Under the pieces are notes generated by a model. That model did not search any database. It had not been told where the DNA came from and worked only from the letters and a program-made list of their open reading frames with translations. From Eledone cirrhosa (taxonomy: Eukaryota), in NCBI GenBank assembly GCA_964016885.1, contig OZ024743.1:264678001-264742000 (forward strand): a DNA stretch of 64,000 nucleotides. Reading direction: 5' to 3'. Within the stretch, counting starts at the first letter, position 1. The number at the start of each line of letters is the position of its first letter. A program made the position numbers and the translations under genes. Below, in pieces: positions 28,687 to 42,300 of this stretch.

Positions 28687-30609
28687 CAGGAGAACATGAT
28701 ATGAAGGCTAAACAACACTTGTGGATAGTGCAGTTTTAAATCAACATATGAAAAGTGGTTTTAGATTGATGTGTGATATTGGGAAAAATATTTTATTTAG
28801 AGAGGGGGGGGGAAAGGATGAAAAAGGGGAGGAGATGAGAGGGAGAGATGGGTGATAGAGAGAAAGAGATAGTTTTTATAACTGAGAGGAGATATATTGT
28901 TTTACATAGAGAGGTTGAAAACCGTTGGAAGACAATGTATAAATTAAAAGAATTTGAAAATTAACGAAGGTAGGATATGTGCAAGGAAAACATATTTTAT
29001 ATAGGGAGGGGGGTGGAAAGGATGAAAAAAGGGGGAGGAGATGAGAGTGAAGGTGGAGAGGGAGAGATGGGTGATAGAGAGAAAGAGATAGTTTTTATAA
29101 CTGAGAAAAAGATATATTGTTTTGCATAGAGAGGCTGAGAACCGTTGGAAGATAATGTATAAATTAAAGGAATTTGAAAATTAACGAAGGGAATTTATGT
29201 ATGAAGATAGAGAGAAAAAATAATAATTGTGGATGAATATTCTAACGTCAAAAAAAGTGTATGTTGATAAGTATTGTGGCAATTTCAAAATTAACGAAGA
29301 GAAAAATGAATAAGGTTTGTGTGTAGAAGGATTTGAGAAAAATAATGTGAAGTTAAAGTTTGTATATTGAAGGAATTGATAATATATGCGAATAAAGAGT
29401 TAATATGTATTAAGAATGAGTTCGTTGATGGGGAGAAAAAAATAATAAATTAGGGATGAAATTGAGATTAAAAAGTTTTATGATAGAGAGAAAAAATAAT
29501 AATGATTGCGGATGAATATTCTAACGTCAAAAAAACAAATGTATATGTTATGAAGGATTTTACAGGGTGAAGATAGAGAGAGGGTAATGAGTAAACAAGT
29601 ACTATAGAGTGTATAATGCCCTTTAAAGTAAGGTAGGAAGATGGGTATATTTTAAAGAGGTGTATGTATATGTGCCTTTGAGAAAAGATTCTAAATTGAT
29701 AAAGAATTGAATATTAACTGTATACTTTGTGAAAAGTCCTATGGAATTTATGCTATGTGAACATTTATGCTATGTGAAAAGTCCTATGGAATTTATCCTA
29801 CCTTACTTTAAAGGGCATTATACACTCTATAATACTTGTTTACTCATTACCCTCTCTCTATCTTCACCCTGTAAAATCCTTCATAACATATACATTTGTT
29901 TTTTTGACGTTAGAATATTCATCCGCAATCATTATTATTTTTTCTCTCTATCATAAAACTTTTTAATCTCAATTTCATCCCTAATTTATTATTTTTTTCT
30001 CCCCATCAACGAACTCATTCTTAATACATATTAACTCTTTATTCGCATATATTATCAATTCCTTCAATATACAAACTTTAACTTCACATTATTTTTCTCA
30101 AATCCTTCTACACACAAACCTTATTAATTTTTCTCTTCGTTAATTTTGAAATTGCCACAATACTTATCAACATACACTTTTTTGACGTTAGAATATTTAT
30201 CCACAATTATTATTTTTTCTCTCTATCACCCATCTCTCCCTCTCCACCTTCACTCTCATCTCCTCCCCCTTTTTTCATCATTTCCACCCCCTCCCTAAAT
30301 AAAATATGTTTTCCTTGCACATATCCTACCTTCGTTAATTTTCAAATTCTTTTAATTTATACATTATCTTCCAACGGTTTTCAACCTCTCTATGTAAAAC
30401 AATATATCTCCTCTCAGTTATAAAAACTATCTCTTTCTCTCTATCACCCATCTCTCCCTCTCATCTCCTCCCCTTTTTCATCCTCCCCCCCCCTCTCTAA
30501 ATAAAATTTTTTCCCAATATCACACATCAATTTAAAACCACGTTTCATATGTTGATTTAAAACTGCACTATCCACAAGTGTTTTTTAGCCTTCATATCAT
30601 GTTCTCCTG

Positions 30610-30676
30610 TTTTATCTGATGAAAACACAAATATTATTGCATGATGATGTTTGTTTTTGAAATGCGCATAATAAAA
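30610..30676 (+). ncRNA. Type I hammerhead (right arm)
   Basis: ttttat-CTGATGA-aaacacaaatattatt..atgatgatgtttgttttt-GAAA-tgcgca-TA-ataaaa. Canonical core. Confidence 0.85.
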
Positions 30677-30802
30677 TACATGGAACTCCTTTAACCATCT
30701 TTTGATCTTATATTATGTATACTCCAGTCCTACAAACTGTAGAGTGGTTCTTATCCGATATCTGCATTGCTTTATTGTACTACAATAAAACTCACCTCAT
30801 AC

Positions 30803-30838
<36 letters not shown>

Positions 30839-31473
30839 TATATATATATAGGAACGAGTAGGACCCCGACGGCTAATTCTCGACTAAATGAAAATTTTTA
30901 TCCTGGTATATAAATAGCCGAGCTTCTCAGGGGGTAATTGCATATATGGTAAAAGTGATTGTCACAAGGATTGGTCCAAAGTTTGTTGTTGAGACACATA
31001 ATTCTATCATGGCAATTTGTGGAAGGAAGGGGTAGCTGAACCTGCCAGTAGAAGAAACAGGGAGAGGGAGTGGAGGAAACCCAGTCGTGCGTTGATAGTG
31101 CCAACTACAGCAGGGCAGGAGGTCAAGGAGGTATACTAGGGAGGGGGAGGGGGAGGAAGCCGAAACAATAAGTAAAACAATATGGGGGTAAATATATAGA
31201 AACATACCGAGAATGTTAAAAAAACAATTAAATATAAAAAAAAATAATTTCTGGTTACTATAACCTAAGGACATCTATCAAGTCTCTCACTGGTACTGCT
31301 AGACTAAAGAAAGGTTTACTAGGTGGGACGGAATTATAATGAGACCCTTTTAAGAGGTAGTAGTAATCAACCGAGTATATCTTACGGTGACGGGTCAACA
31401 GGTGGGGGGCCAAAATACTAAAGAAACTACCACGAAATAATAATTCAGAGTCCCGAGACTAATACGAAATAAT

Positions 31474-31522
31474 GGTTTCTACCCTAGGCACAAGGCCAGC
31501 AACCACCCCATGCAAAAAATAC
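31474..31522 (-). mobile_element. SINE-type 3' tail fragment with a 16-bp TSD inside the PLE 3' UTR
   Basis: - strand ttgctggccttgtgcctagggtagaaacc. TSD actaatacgaaataat at 31458-31473 and 31523-31538 (ATTATTTCGTATTAGT on -). Confidence 0.75.
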
Positions 31523-32055
31523 ACTAATACGAAATAATAATTCAGAATCCCGAGAAAGAATACTAATACTATCTCTAAGGTTGCCGCTACGATACAAAAA
31601 TTCTAGTGCAAACTACATAAATGCTCGTACGAAGTATACGAAAAATTTGATACGGAAAATTAATTCAGAACCCCCCCCCCCCCCCCCCAAAAAAAAATAT
31701 AAATACTGATATACGAGAAATTAAAGCAAAGATACCACTAAGAAGGATAAGAAGGCAAGTTTCCGGGGTCTATCACATCTGCTATAAAAAGCGGAGTCGG
31801 CCAATTCTATCATAGAATAGGGGAAGTGGGTGGGGGTACAGAGGCTACAAAGGACCGAGGGGCTGCCTCGGGTGGGCCAGAAAGTGAAAAGGACGACGAC
31901 TAAGAAAGAGGACTGGGGTGGAAGGACTAGGGAGGGATGGGGGAAGAAGGAAATATAGAGGAAGCGATAAAAGATATAAAAGAAATCTTACGTTTACCTT
32001 TGCAAACAGGGGTTACCCATTACAAAGTCGGCAAGTGGGGTGTTACAGCCCTTGT

Positions 32056-34145
32056 CTACCCCCGGGTCATTATGGGGTTCGAGGGCGAGGTAAGTCCTAC
32101 GCAATCTGTGTTTGCATGCAGTTACCAGTTCATCTTTCTTGTTTAGGAGTTGGTCCGTCGAAAACAGCATTTGTAAAGTTTCCTCCGAGCATAAATTGCA
32201 CGGACGGCGTCCTCCCGTGTAAAAGTTGGCTCTGGACAGTAAGCTCCAAGTGAGATCATAGGTAATATTGTTATCCTTGAGGTCCCAGATGTGGCCCGAA
32301 AGTGTAGTGGCGTGACGCCGGGCCGGGTTTCGGAAGGTATGTATGTGTTGGTATAGCCGGGGTTGAAGTCACATGCGGTTAAGCCTATATAAGCTTTTTT
32401 GGAGGTGTCCGTCCTCACGTTGCACTGGTAGATCACATTACGATCTCTGCATGTGTTGTCGAGGGGGGAAATGGATCCATTAGGACAGTTGCACCTCCTG
32501 GTCGGCTCTTCACTGCTATTTAGGTTATTTCTTCCATAGGGGTTGAGTTTTTTGTTGTTAGAGGAGACGATGTTTTGTGCAAAGTTTGGTGTGGTGCTGT
32601 AGGAGAGTTTGGTGGTATTTTTGTTAATTATATTGTGGTAGCGGTGTTGTAGTGGGAAGTGTTTTTCAATGAGCCTAAAGAAGATTTTCCCGATAGGAGT
32701 TGTCACCTCGGCGTTGTGGGGAAGATTGAACCATGTTACATTGCGTGAGCGGCGGTGTCGCCAGCTGGTTCCGCTAATGGAAGCTGGACAATAGGATATT
32801 TCCTCCCGGAAACCACTCCGCTTGAGCGCCTGGTTGTAATAAGGCGCATGTTCCTCGAATATCTGCTCATTAGCGGACAAACGAGATATGCGGAGGGAGA
32901 TGTTTTTAACCAGGTTATTGGTGATGTTCCTACGATGGTTTGACCGGCGGTGGATGTAGTGCAGGTTGTCGTTGGGTTTCCTGTGTGAGTAGTACAGATT
33001 ATTATCGAGGTCAAGGGTAACGTCCAGGAAGTTTACTCGAGTCAGGGACGTTTGTAGGGTTATTTTAAATCCCCAGTCGCGGAAGAAGCTGATTAATTGT
33101 TTACGGACCCGGTCTGTACTACTGGGGTTGTACCCTTTAAGGGTAAGGAGCCCATCACCACGGTACAATCCACCGCCGAATGCGGGAAACATATCGGTGA
33201 GTTTAACTAGTAGGAATAATCCTATAAGATCTGTGACCTCAGCCGAATCCGTCGCGCCCATGCTGACGTCGAAGGGTGAGTCGGGAGCTCTCTTTATCCA
33301 TTTGGAGTTGTCGAAGAGTAGGTCTGTCTTCCTGGCGTGGAGGATGATGTTTCTTTCCTGGTCGGTGATGGGCGCAAGTGTTTCGGCGAAGTCCAAGGCA
33401 GCCGTAAGTAGCGGTAAGGTAATTGAAGCATGGTAACTCTCTATGTCAAACTGGATGAATTTAGTGTCTCGTTTGTCCTTCATATTGCTGAACCATGAGA
33501 TTACTTCCTGGGTGTTGACCCATAGGCTAAGTCTGGAGTGTTGCTTAACTTTTGGTATAACGCGGTGTAGGATTTTTTTGCTGATTCTCCCTATGTCGGA
33601 CTTCGTTGGGTTTATAAGCCTGATAGGTTTACGGTCGAAATCGGATTTGTGGTCCTTCAGTGTGAAGTAGGGTGTCCGTGGGTCTAGGCGTTCCGTGCGG
33701 TCGGCGACCCCGAGGCTGGAGGTAATTTGTGGTCCATCTCGATTTATGTCCTCGATGCATATGTCGGGGTTGACAAAGTAGAGGTTACCAGTTTTATCCG
33801 AGTGCACCATGATGTCATTGGTGTTATCATATTCTGTTAAGTTCCTACGGAGTTTTTGTAGAATCGGCTGTGTCTAGGTTTGAATTTAATGTTCTTGACA
33901 AGTTGGAAAAGGTCATTCTCGAAGGGTGAGAACATAGGGTTCGGAGGGGGAGATTTGTAGGTATTAAATCCGAATCTCTCCTTGGTACCGAAGTCCTGAT
34001 TGTCGCAATATCTGTCGTAGAAAAAAGTTCTGCATCTAAGTCTTTTCGCAAATACATCGATTTTTTGCGTGAGCATCCGAAGGTAAAGTTTTTTCGGTGG
34101 AACTGGGATGTTCTTGGTAGAGAAGTCGATGTTGTGTTTTCGCAT
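32056..34145 (-). pseudogene. PLE RT + GIY-YIG ORF with two frameshifts (about 33855 and 32360)
   Basis: ORFs 33837-34145 and 32143-33810. The shifted tail reads RLYQHIHTFRN...TTLSGHIWDLK...CNLC...LLNKKDELVTACKH. Confidence 0.88.
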
Positions 34146-34719
34146 GGTGCGGGTGAAAGAACTTGAGCTTATATTTAATTGATTTTATTTAATTGTTTTT
34201 TAAACATTCTCGGTATTTTTTTATGTATTTACCCCATATTGTTTTACTTATTGTTTCGACTCCCCCCCCTCCCTAGTATACTTCCTTGACCTCCTGCCCT
34301 GCTGTAGTTGGCACTATCAACGCACGACTGGGTTTCCTCCACTCCCTCCTCTCCCTCTATCTTCTACTGGCAGGTTCAGCTACCCCTTCCTGAGAAGCTC
34401 GGCTATTCATATACCAGGATAAAAATGTTCATTTAGTCGAGAATTAGCCGTCGAAACGGCTTGAGCTCAACCGTCAGGGTCCTACTTGTTCCTATTACCC
34501 ACCCTAAGTATTGAGTACTTTGGTGCGTTATGGTCCACCTGGTTCCTTACCATATTTCCTTCGTTATATATATATATATATATACATACATTATATTTAA
34601 ATACGAATATAGATCTATATTGACCAAATGGAAGGTCGCAGTAATGTACTTTAAAATAAAGAAACCTTATAAGAGTCGCATCTCGGGGGAGAAACTTCTT
34701 GTCAAGCGTTCTAAAACTA

Positions 34720-35067
34720 AAGTATAGAAATTTCGTATTTCTAAAGAAACAAGATATGTTTACAGGAACCATTTAGGAAGCCGTAGCTATGAAAACACCG
34801 GAGGCTGACATCTTTTGGTGGTGTCCAGCAGAAGCAAGGGGGACAAACATCTATGCATTTCAGGCTTGACGATGCATTTCAGTCAAGCCTGGAATGCATA
34901 TATGGTTGTCCCCCTTGCTTCTGCTGGACACCAACAGAGCGCGTTAGCCCCTGGTGTTTCCATAGCTACGGCCTCCTAAATGTTTTCTGTAAACATCACC
35001 GTGTTTCTTTAGAAATACGAAATGTCTATACTTATCTGTATAAAGCTATGCTTGAAGCGAAATCATA

Positions 35068-35075
<8 letters not shown>
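34720..35075. mobile_element. Fold-back element (~310-bp hairpin, 34720-35033); same family as 7256-7577
   Basis: aagtatagaaatttcgtatttctaaagaaac...caggcttgac | loop | gtcaagcctg...gtttctttagaaatacgaaatgtctatactt. Confidence 0.8.
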
Positions 35076-35103
<28 letters not shown>

Positions 35104-35399
35104 ATTTCCCTTTAAACATAGTTTATACAGATAAGAATAGAAATTTCGTATTATTTCAATTATTTTGTTTGACCTGTTTTGCTTGCCTCGTCTTTTTGGC
35201 TTAGGTGGTTGATGTCTTCTTGACCGCCATCTCAGTTTGTTTGGCCTTTATAACCTATGTTTATTGCTCTGGTCTTTATTTGGTCCATGGAGCGCTTGCC
35301 AGCATAATTCGGATATTGCATTTCACTTTGTTTTCGACCATAACCGAAATACGAATCACGCTGAAATTATATTTATATATATACATATATATATAGAGA

Positions 35400-37745
35400 C
35401 GGAGAGAGCCATTTCATCCAGAGAGGTTACCGAGCCACCAAACCCCCTACGCCCCCACCCCACACATTCACACCCTCTCACTTGTCCACACCACCCTCAC
35501 TCGCGCCCGTGCTCCCCCTTCCCCATCACCTACCACCCATCCACCATACCCCTCCACCGCACCATCCTTCGCCTCTTCCGACGCTTCCAGTCCGATCCCT
35601 CCAACTCCCCCATCTTCCTATCCTTACCCCTCAACCTCCCCCATCTCCCCATCGCCACCCTCCCCTCCTTGAAACGCGCGCGTAATGTCCATTCCCTCCT
35701 CGTGCTGAGCTACACTCCCCCATACGTTATTCTCCCCCCGGTTCCATTCCCTGCTCCACACCTGCCCCCACATCAACAACACCACCACCTTCCAGGGTCC
35801 CAAAGGCCACTCTCTCTCTCTCTCTGTCCGGCACGCCTTCCGCCGCCTCTCCTCCAACCTCGCCTATGGACTTCCCTGCACGGAGTGCAGCGCAACCTAC
35901 GTCGGACAGACTGGACGTCGCCTGGCGGATCGGTTCGCGGAGTACCTCCGCGAAATTCGTCTCGGCGGGAGTTCCACCCTCTCCCGCCACTTTGATCCCC
36001 TCGACATTCCGCCCACCACCTCACATTCTGCGGCTTGATTCAATGCCTTGTGACACCGGCCACCCGCCATACGGTCGAGCAACACAACATCTTCCCCCTA
36101 CAGACTCACACACACCCTATCCCTTTAGCATTCGACCACCCACCTCTCCCCCACCACATCCCCCACTAATACCACTAACACACTCTTCTGTTTCACCGCC
36201 CCCAGCCCTCAACTAATAATACTAACACCCCTTGGCCATCCCCCAACTAACAATACTAACATCCCCACCCTCCCCCTAGCACCCGTGTACCCACACACTC
36301 CACATGCAAACACCCACCTGTACATATATACACGCACTCACACTATCCACACAACCTACTACCACCACTAACCCTCACCCACACATCCACATCTGACCAC
36401 CCCACAACTTATGTTACTCACATCCCCCAACCCACCTTCCCCCTCACCCACACACACGGACACACACCATCACACATACAACCACCCACACCTACGTACA
36501 CACCGATACACCACCCACTCCACACACCTAAACACCACTAACCCCCCACTTACAAACCCGCGTTCAACCCCTTCCCCACCACCAGTAATACTAACACCCT
36601 CTCTACCAAACATACACACTAATATCCAAACAAAGACACACACACCCGTTTACTACACTCCCTCCTCCGTCCCCAACACATTTTCTCTCCCTCTCTCTCC
36701 CCGCTCCACTTACACCCCCTCACACACAAATCCCACTAACACCTCCACTAATATACTCACCAACCCCCCACAACTCCACCTTTGACACCTACCCATCCTC
36801 TCCCCTGCCCACCGTACCTCCTCGCACACAGACACACAATCCTCACCACATACATACCCTTTCTTTACCTGTCATCCCCCTCTACCTCTTCACCCTGCCT
36901 TGACCCTCTGACCACTTCCTGTTGCTAGCTCACCCCACATCTCTCCACTTCTGCACTACCACACCACGATTTTACACCACCGGTCATCGGTCCAGCTATC
37001 CATCCTACGACACGTGGAATCTCCAACATCTTGTCTCACCCTCCATGGAAATACTTTAGCAACATACACACGAACAAATACATTATTTTCGAACCACGCC
37101 ACCTACATCCACACCACATATAAACACAAATACACACGTGCGTATCCTCACATACACACATTCAGCTTCCGGAATCCACACGCCGCCTCCTATCCCCCAC
37201 CCTTCTGACATCTCTCCATCCACACGCACGCACACATCGACATAAACCCCACCCCATATACACACCGGTTTCCCTTTTACCTGAACATGGAACCTCGTTC
37301 TTCCCCCAACTCTCCCATTCACATACACACACGCACATACACACACGTACACCTACACACATACACAAACACCACCTTCAGCCCTCCCCGCTCGGACCCT
37401 CCGCTTCCCTCTCCCCTCTGCGAACCCCCCCCCCCCCCTACACGCCTCACACCCTTTCATCACTTGTTTATTTTTTTTGTATTGTTATTTTCTAAAAAAT
37501 TTCTTTTCTCTCTAAAAAAATCGTTTTCCTCCATTTTCCCTCCCGCCTTTTTTAAAATGTATTTACCCCACTTCCCCACACACCCTCGGAACTCTCTTCC
37601 TACCCACTTTTCTCCTGATGAACGGCTTATGCCCGACCCCCCCCCCCCCCACACTCTCAAGCCTGAAACTAATATACTAATATCATTTGTACTGCCTCTC
37701 TGTTTTTTGTTCTCTGTTTATTTATTAGACTAACATTTATATACC
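35400..37745 (+). mobile_element. Decayed Neptune-like PLE 3' part (GIY-YIG relic + long C-rich UTR)
   Basis: PITYHPSTIPLHRTILRLFRRFQSDP. An alternate frame near 35895-35960 reads TYVGQTGRRLADRFAEYLREIR. Partial hammerhead CTGATGA-acggctt...aagcct-GAAAC at about 37615-37669. Confidence 0.75.
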
Positions 37746-38720
37746 ACAAATAATAATATGATAAACTTAAAGAAGAAAAGGACGTGGAGCGAATTAGAGA
37801 TATAAGGGAGGGTGTAAAGAAGAGGAGATGCAAGAAAAAATATAGGGAAAAAATAAGAAAAGGAAGGAGAAAACAATAAGAAAAGGAAAGAGAAAAAAAA
37901 TACATATATAAATATTTAAATGAATATATAGATAGGTGAAATAGATGAAGAAATATGTATAAAAAAGAAGAAAAAGAAGAAAGAAGAAATAACGACAAAA
38001 GAAATTATGGGGGGAAATAAGTAGAAAAAACCGTTGTCAATTGAGGCAACCAATTACCATAGACCATTGAATATCTCTTGTATTTGGTTATAGTTAAGCT
38101 AATTATACAAATATAATATATCAAAATTAATCAATATACATTACTTTTCATAGCCGTCACATATTTATTTAATTAAAAATTTATATAATTTAATTTAACT
38201 CATTATAGATTTTAATACAACTTTAATACAACTTAAAAAAAAATTATCTTTAAAGCATATTTAAATAATTATTAAACCTGTATTAAGATATATATTAAAA
38301 TACATGCATATGTCACCTTTATAAAATCGTTTCAAATCTTTAATTATCATATAATTACAGGATTAAATTTGAGTTATATTTACACTCAAAAGTTTTATTT
38401 CGTTAATTTATATTTACTTCAGTAATTACAAATTATTACAGTTTCTTATATTATTTAACTTTATAATTTATGTCAAAAATTAAAATAGCAAGCTATTCAA
38501 ACAGAATAAAAATATTTACGAAGAATGTAAACAAAAGGAAGATAATTCATTCACCATATGTGAGGATTAAACAATATATCTACTCTGGAATCTAATGATA
38601 TTTCTAAACCATAAATCAACGATTGTCAAGTTAAATATTGAACTGTCCTGATCAAAACGTAAGATACAGAGACTCATAATGAAATTATTATTATAGATAA
38701 AATATCATTACATTATTACT

Positions 38721-38814
38721 AGGTTAACTTTGCCTTTCATCCTTACGGGATCGATAAAATAAAGTACCAGTAATGCACTGAGTATTTGCTGGCCTTGTGC
38801 CAAAAGTAGAAACA
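38721..38814 (+). mobile_element. SINE, 5'-truncated, 9-bp TSD
   Basis: TSD attattact at 38712-38720 and 38815-38823. Confidence 0.88.
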
Positions 38815-38871
38815 ATTATTACTCAGGTAAGGCAAATATATTTATAAATATAAATATATTTATAAAATTAT

Positions 38872-39350
38872 TAAATGTCAATATTCTTTCGAAACTTGTA
38901 TAATGCTTGGAATATTTTACTGGTTCTATGTTGGCAGATGCTAAATAATCCGTTCATTTTGTTAATTAAATTGTCATAATTTGTAATTGTCAATGGAGTC
39001 TAGAGATTGCAAAGATTGCAATTTGGCGAAATGGAAGGGTTTCGATAAGAATTGGCATTATTTAGCCGTGTCCAAGAGATGGAGTATTTAATATTCTTGT
39101 CCTTCAAAGACCATATTAATTGTGAGAATGAAGTTGAACATTTTTTGTTTGGTTTCGAAAAGGAATTTTTATGATTGTACCAACGAAGCTTAAACCCAGA
39201 TGAAGTCGCACCGACGTACTTATATAAATTATTATTTGTCTTAATGGTGCATTGATATACTAGATACTTGTCAAGGCAGTTATTTTGTAAGAGGCAATCT
39301 GACTTCCTTCTATAGAGTTACATTTCTTCTTGGTCTTGTTTCTATACCCT
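38872..39350 (-). pseudogene. Naiad-like PLE GIY-YIG domain fragment (not in the ORF track)
   Basis: - strand: CLLQNNCLDKYLVYQCTIKTNNNLYKYVGATSSGFKLRWYNHKNSF...STSFSQLIWSLKDKNIKYSISW...CNLCNL*, then LINK...ICQHR. Confidence 0.8.
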
Positions 39351-39354
39351 AAAC

Positions 39355-42300
39355 TATTCATTACGGGGTGTCGTATTCGTATTTGTGTAAAAATATATAT
39401 TTTTTTTTAATTTCAACATGGATAACACAAGAAAGAGAGAGAGCGCTGTCAGACAACACAGAGTGAGGGAGACTTTATCAGCATGTCAACAAGACAGCGT
39501 TACAGCGGAGGTAAATATAAACGAAGATATTACAAAGGAAAAGAAGATTGTTACAGATTTAAAATTAACAAATATTTTTAACACAAACAACACCAACAAT
39601 AACAACAGCAACAACAAAAATAACAGGGGTAAAGTCGAGAAGGACAATAACAAAAATAACAGCGGTAAGGTCGAGAACGACAATAACTATGACAATAACA
39701 ACATCCACAACAACAATAATAGTAGCAACAGTATCAACAAAAATAACAATAATAACTGTTTCTACGTTAGGCACAAGGCCAGCAATTACCCAGTGCATTA
39801 ATGGTACTTTATTTTATCGACCCCGTAAGGATGAAAGGCAAAGTCAACCTCGGCGGGATTTGAACTCGTAAAGGGACGTAACTATGCTGGAATCCACCAG
39901 CCACAATAACAGTAACAACAGCAACAGTATCAACGAAAACAACAACAACAACAACTGTACCAACGAAAACAACAACAATGACATCGATATCTGTCATAGC
40001 GATCTCAGCACCACCAGTAAGACCAGTAGCGGCAGCAATAGTGGTGCTGCTGAAAAAGGGACCAATTCTTTTGCAAGTGTCGCCCGAAATATCGAGACAG
40101 TGTTAGTCACAGAGGAGGAGATGGCAGTCGCAAGGGCTATGGTGACAAGAAGCGCGAATAGAGTCTTCTTGAAACCTTCACCCGATTTTTTCAAGGACCA
40201 GCAACTACGGACGGTGACTTACCGCACCGTAAGCAAAATCTCACATCGGGTGGAGAGAGCCACGGAGGCTCAAATCCAAAAGGCCTTGGCGTGCGTCTGG
40301 GCCCACAAAACCCACATCACCCGAGGCAGAAAGTACGCAACAGTAGACGTACTTTTCGCCAGCCACCAGAAAGCAAAGTCTCACTCTTTGGAAACCCTAA
40401 AGAGTCGGGAGATAGTTTTGGTGCCCTCCTACTGCGGGCAGAAAATTGTGAGGGTCAAAGTGACCCAGGTCCCACCCGACGTGCCTATACCTTGGCTGGC
40501 CGCGTCTGTCCTTGTTGGAATCGAGAACAGGACGACCTTGCTGCAAGTAGAAAAAATAGGGAGAGAGAACTGGTCAGGTATAGGCATGCAAATGGTTATA
40601 AAAACTGACCAGGAATGTATCGACGCTATCCCCGATATCATAGACATCGTGGAAGGACTTCAACTCCCTTTAAGTGTAGAAGGAAGACGGCCAAAATGTT
40701 ATCTCTGTGGGTCGAAGTGTCACCTCAGGGCCTTTTGCTCGCAGAAGACAGCGAAGAAGAATGTCCCTCTCCTTCCAATACCTGGTCCGCTGCTACCAAG
40801 AGCAGGGCAGGCATCAAACGCACAATCCCCTTCCACGGTGAGTATGGGGGAAACGCCCGTAGCACTCGTACCAAGTTCAAGGACAACTAAAGCAGCATCA
40901 TCAGTGGCGGCAACACCAATAGCTACATTTGAAGTAGCTACACCAGCAACAAAATCGCCGGAGAGGGCTCCACTACCACCAACAACAGCCGTGGAGCACA
41001 CACCTCTCCCAGACACCACAGAATCCGACATGGAGTTTGAGGCGAGAGTGAAGTGGCAAACGGTCTGCCATAAAAAAGAAAAAAGAAAAAACCCTTAGAT
41101 TCACCCTCCAAAAGCGAAGGCATATAAAGAGGGGTAAAGGCAGCAAGGAAACTTGCAGCAACACCACCACCATCACCACCACAAACACCACTGACAACAA
41201 CAACCACACCACCACCAGTATTACCAAAAACACCAACAACGCAAACACAACAAGACACACACACACACCAAACAGCAACAAGAAGAAAACAGCAACAAAA
41301 TCACCCCTCCCCCCAAAAAGTACACAGCCATAAACATGACAAAAAAAGAATTCATACAATATATAAAGCAGCACACAGACATCACAGAAAAAAACTACTA
41401 CACCCCACCAACACCAAGAAATCTCCCGACAAACATAAGCATCATCGAAATCTCAATAGAACAGTACAAACCTTTAAAACAAAAATACCCCAACGCAGTT
41501 GGAGACTTCAGAGGGACGGTATACACTGACATCCTCTTGGAAACACCCACGACCAGCGAAAGGGACGGTTCTACTGTCCCTTCACCACACGATCAAGGTA
41601 AGTTACCCTTTCTCACTTGCCCCGTTTCTCATCAAACATGGCCGTACTCAGAATAGCCAGTATAAATGCACGTGGCCTGGGTCATCTTGGAAGCATGGTC
41701 ACATGCTAAACGACCTCAGTTCACTAAGCATAGATGTGGTGGCCATCAGTGAAACCAGAATCTCCGAAGCACAAGCCTTCGAACCGATTTTAGGCGGCTA
41801 CGATGTATACGCATCACCCAGCCGTCCAGGATCGGGGGGAGGGGTTGCCGTCCTTTTTCGGAGAGACTTGGATCTCGCGATACGGGCCATCTTCCTAGAC
41901 CTAGAAGGCAAGTCGGTGGTGCTGGACGTGACCGGCAGCGAAGGCAATGCTTTCAGGCTAGTAGCCATCTACGCCCCAACAGGGGCAGGACGGCCAGATT
42001 TCTTCAGACGTCTAGAGACCTTTCTTGGAACGTCCCGCTCTTTAGTGTTAGTGGGCGACTGGAACGGTATTTTGGATGCACGCTGGGATTGTGTGGGGCT
42101 AGTGGATAGCGGAGGAGGGTGCAAGAGCCTCACCAACCTGATCAGACGTTTTGAACTGTCTGACAGGTATCGACTGGATCACCCGAATGTGCCAATGTGG
42201 ACATGGACAAACCGCATCGGATCATCCAGATCGTATCTCGATAGGGTATTCTGCAGAGAACTAGATAAGGCTAGTATAAGTTGTCCACAATTTAAAATAG

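Larger units (their letters stand above)
28580..30805. mobile_element. ORF-less ~2.1-kb fold-back element derived from a PLE 3'UTR/pLTR
   Basis: Arms about 28580-29638 and 29796-30715 are near-identical reverse complements. Hammerhead in each arm. (TA)n flanks. Confidence 0.85.
30851..34560 (-). mobile_element. Penelope-like element, Naiad-like, near full-length, with inverted pLTR at its 5' end
   Basis: N-terminus FSTKNIPVP. RT RLINPTKSDIG, FIQFDIESY, VSMG, YRGD, FLDVTL. CNC..PL, VIY...YIG. 34170-34492 (+) equals the reverse complement of about 30851-31236, apart from indels. Confidence 0.9.
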
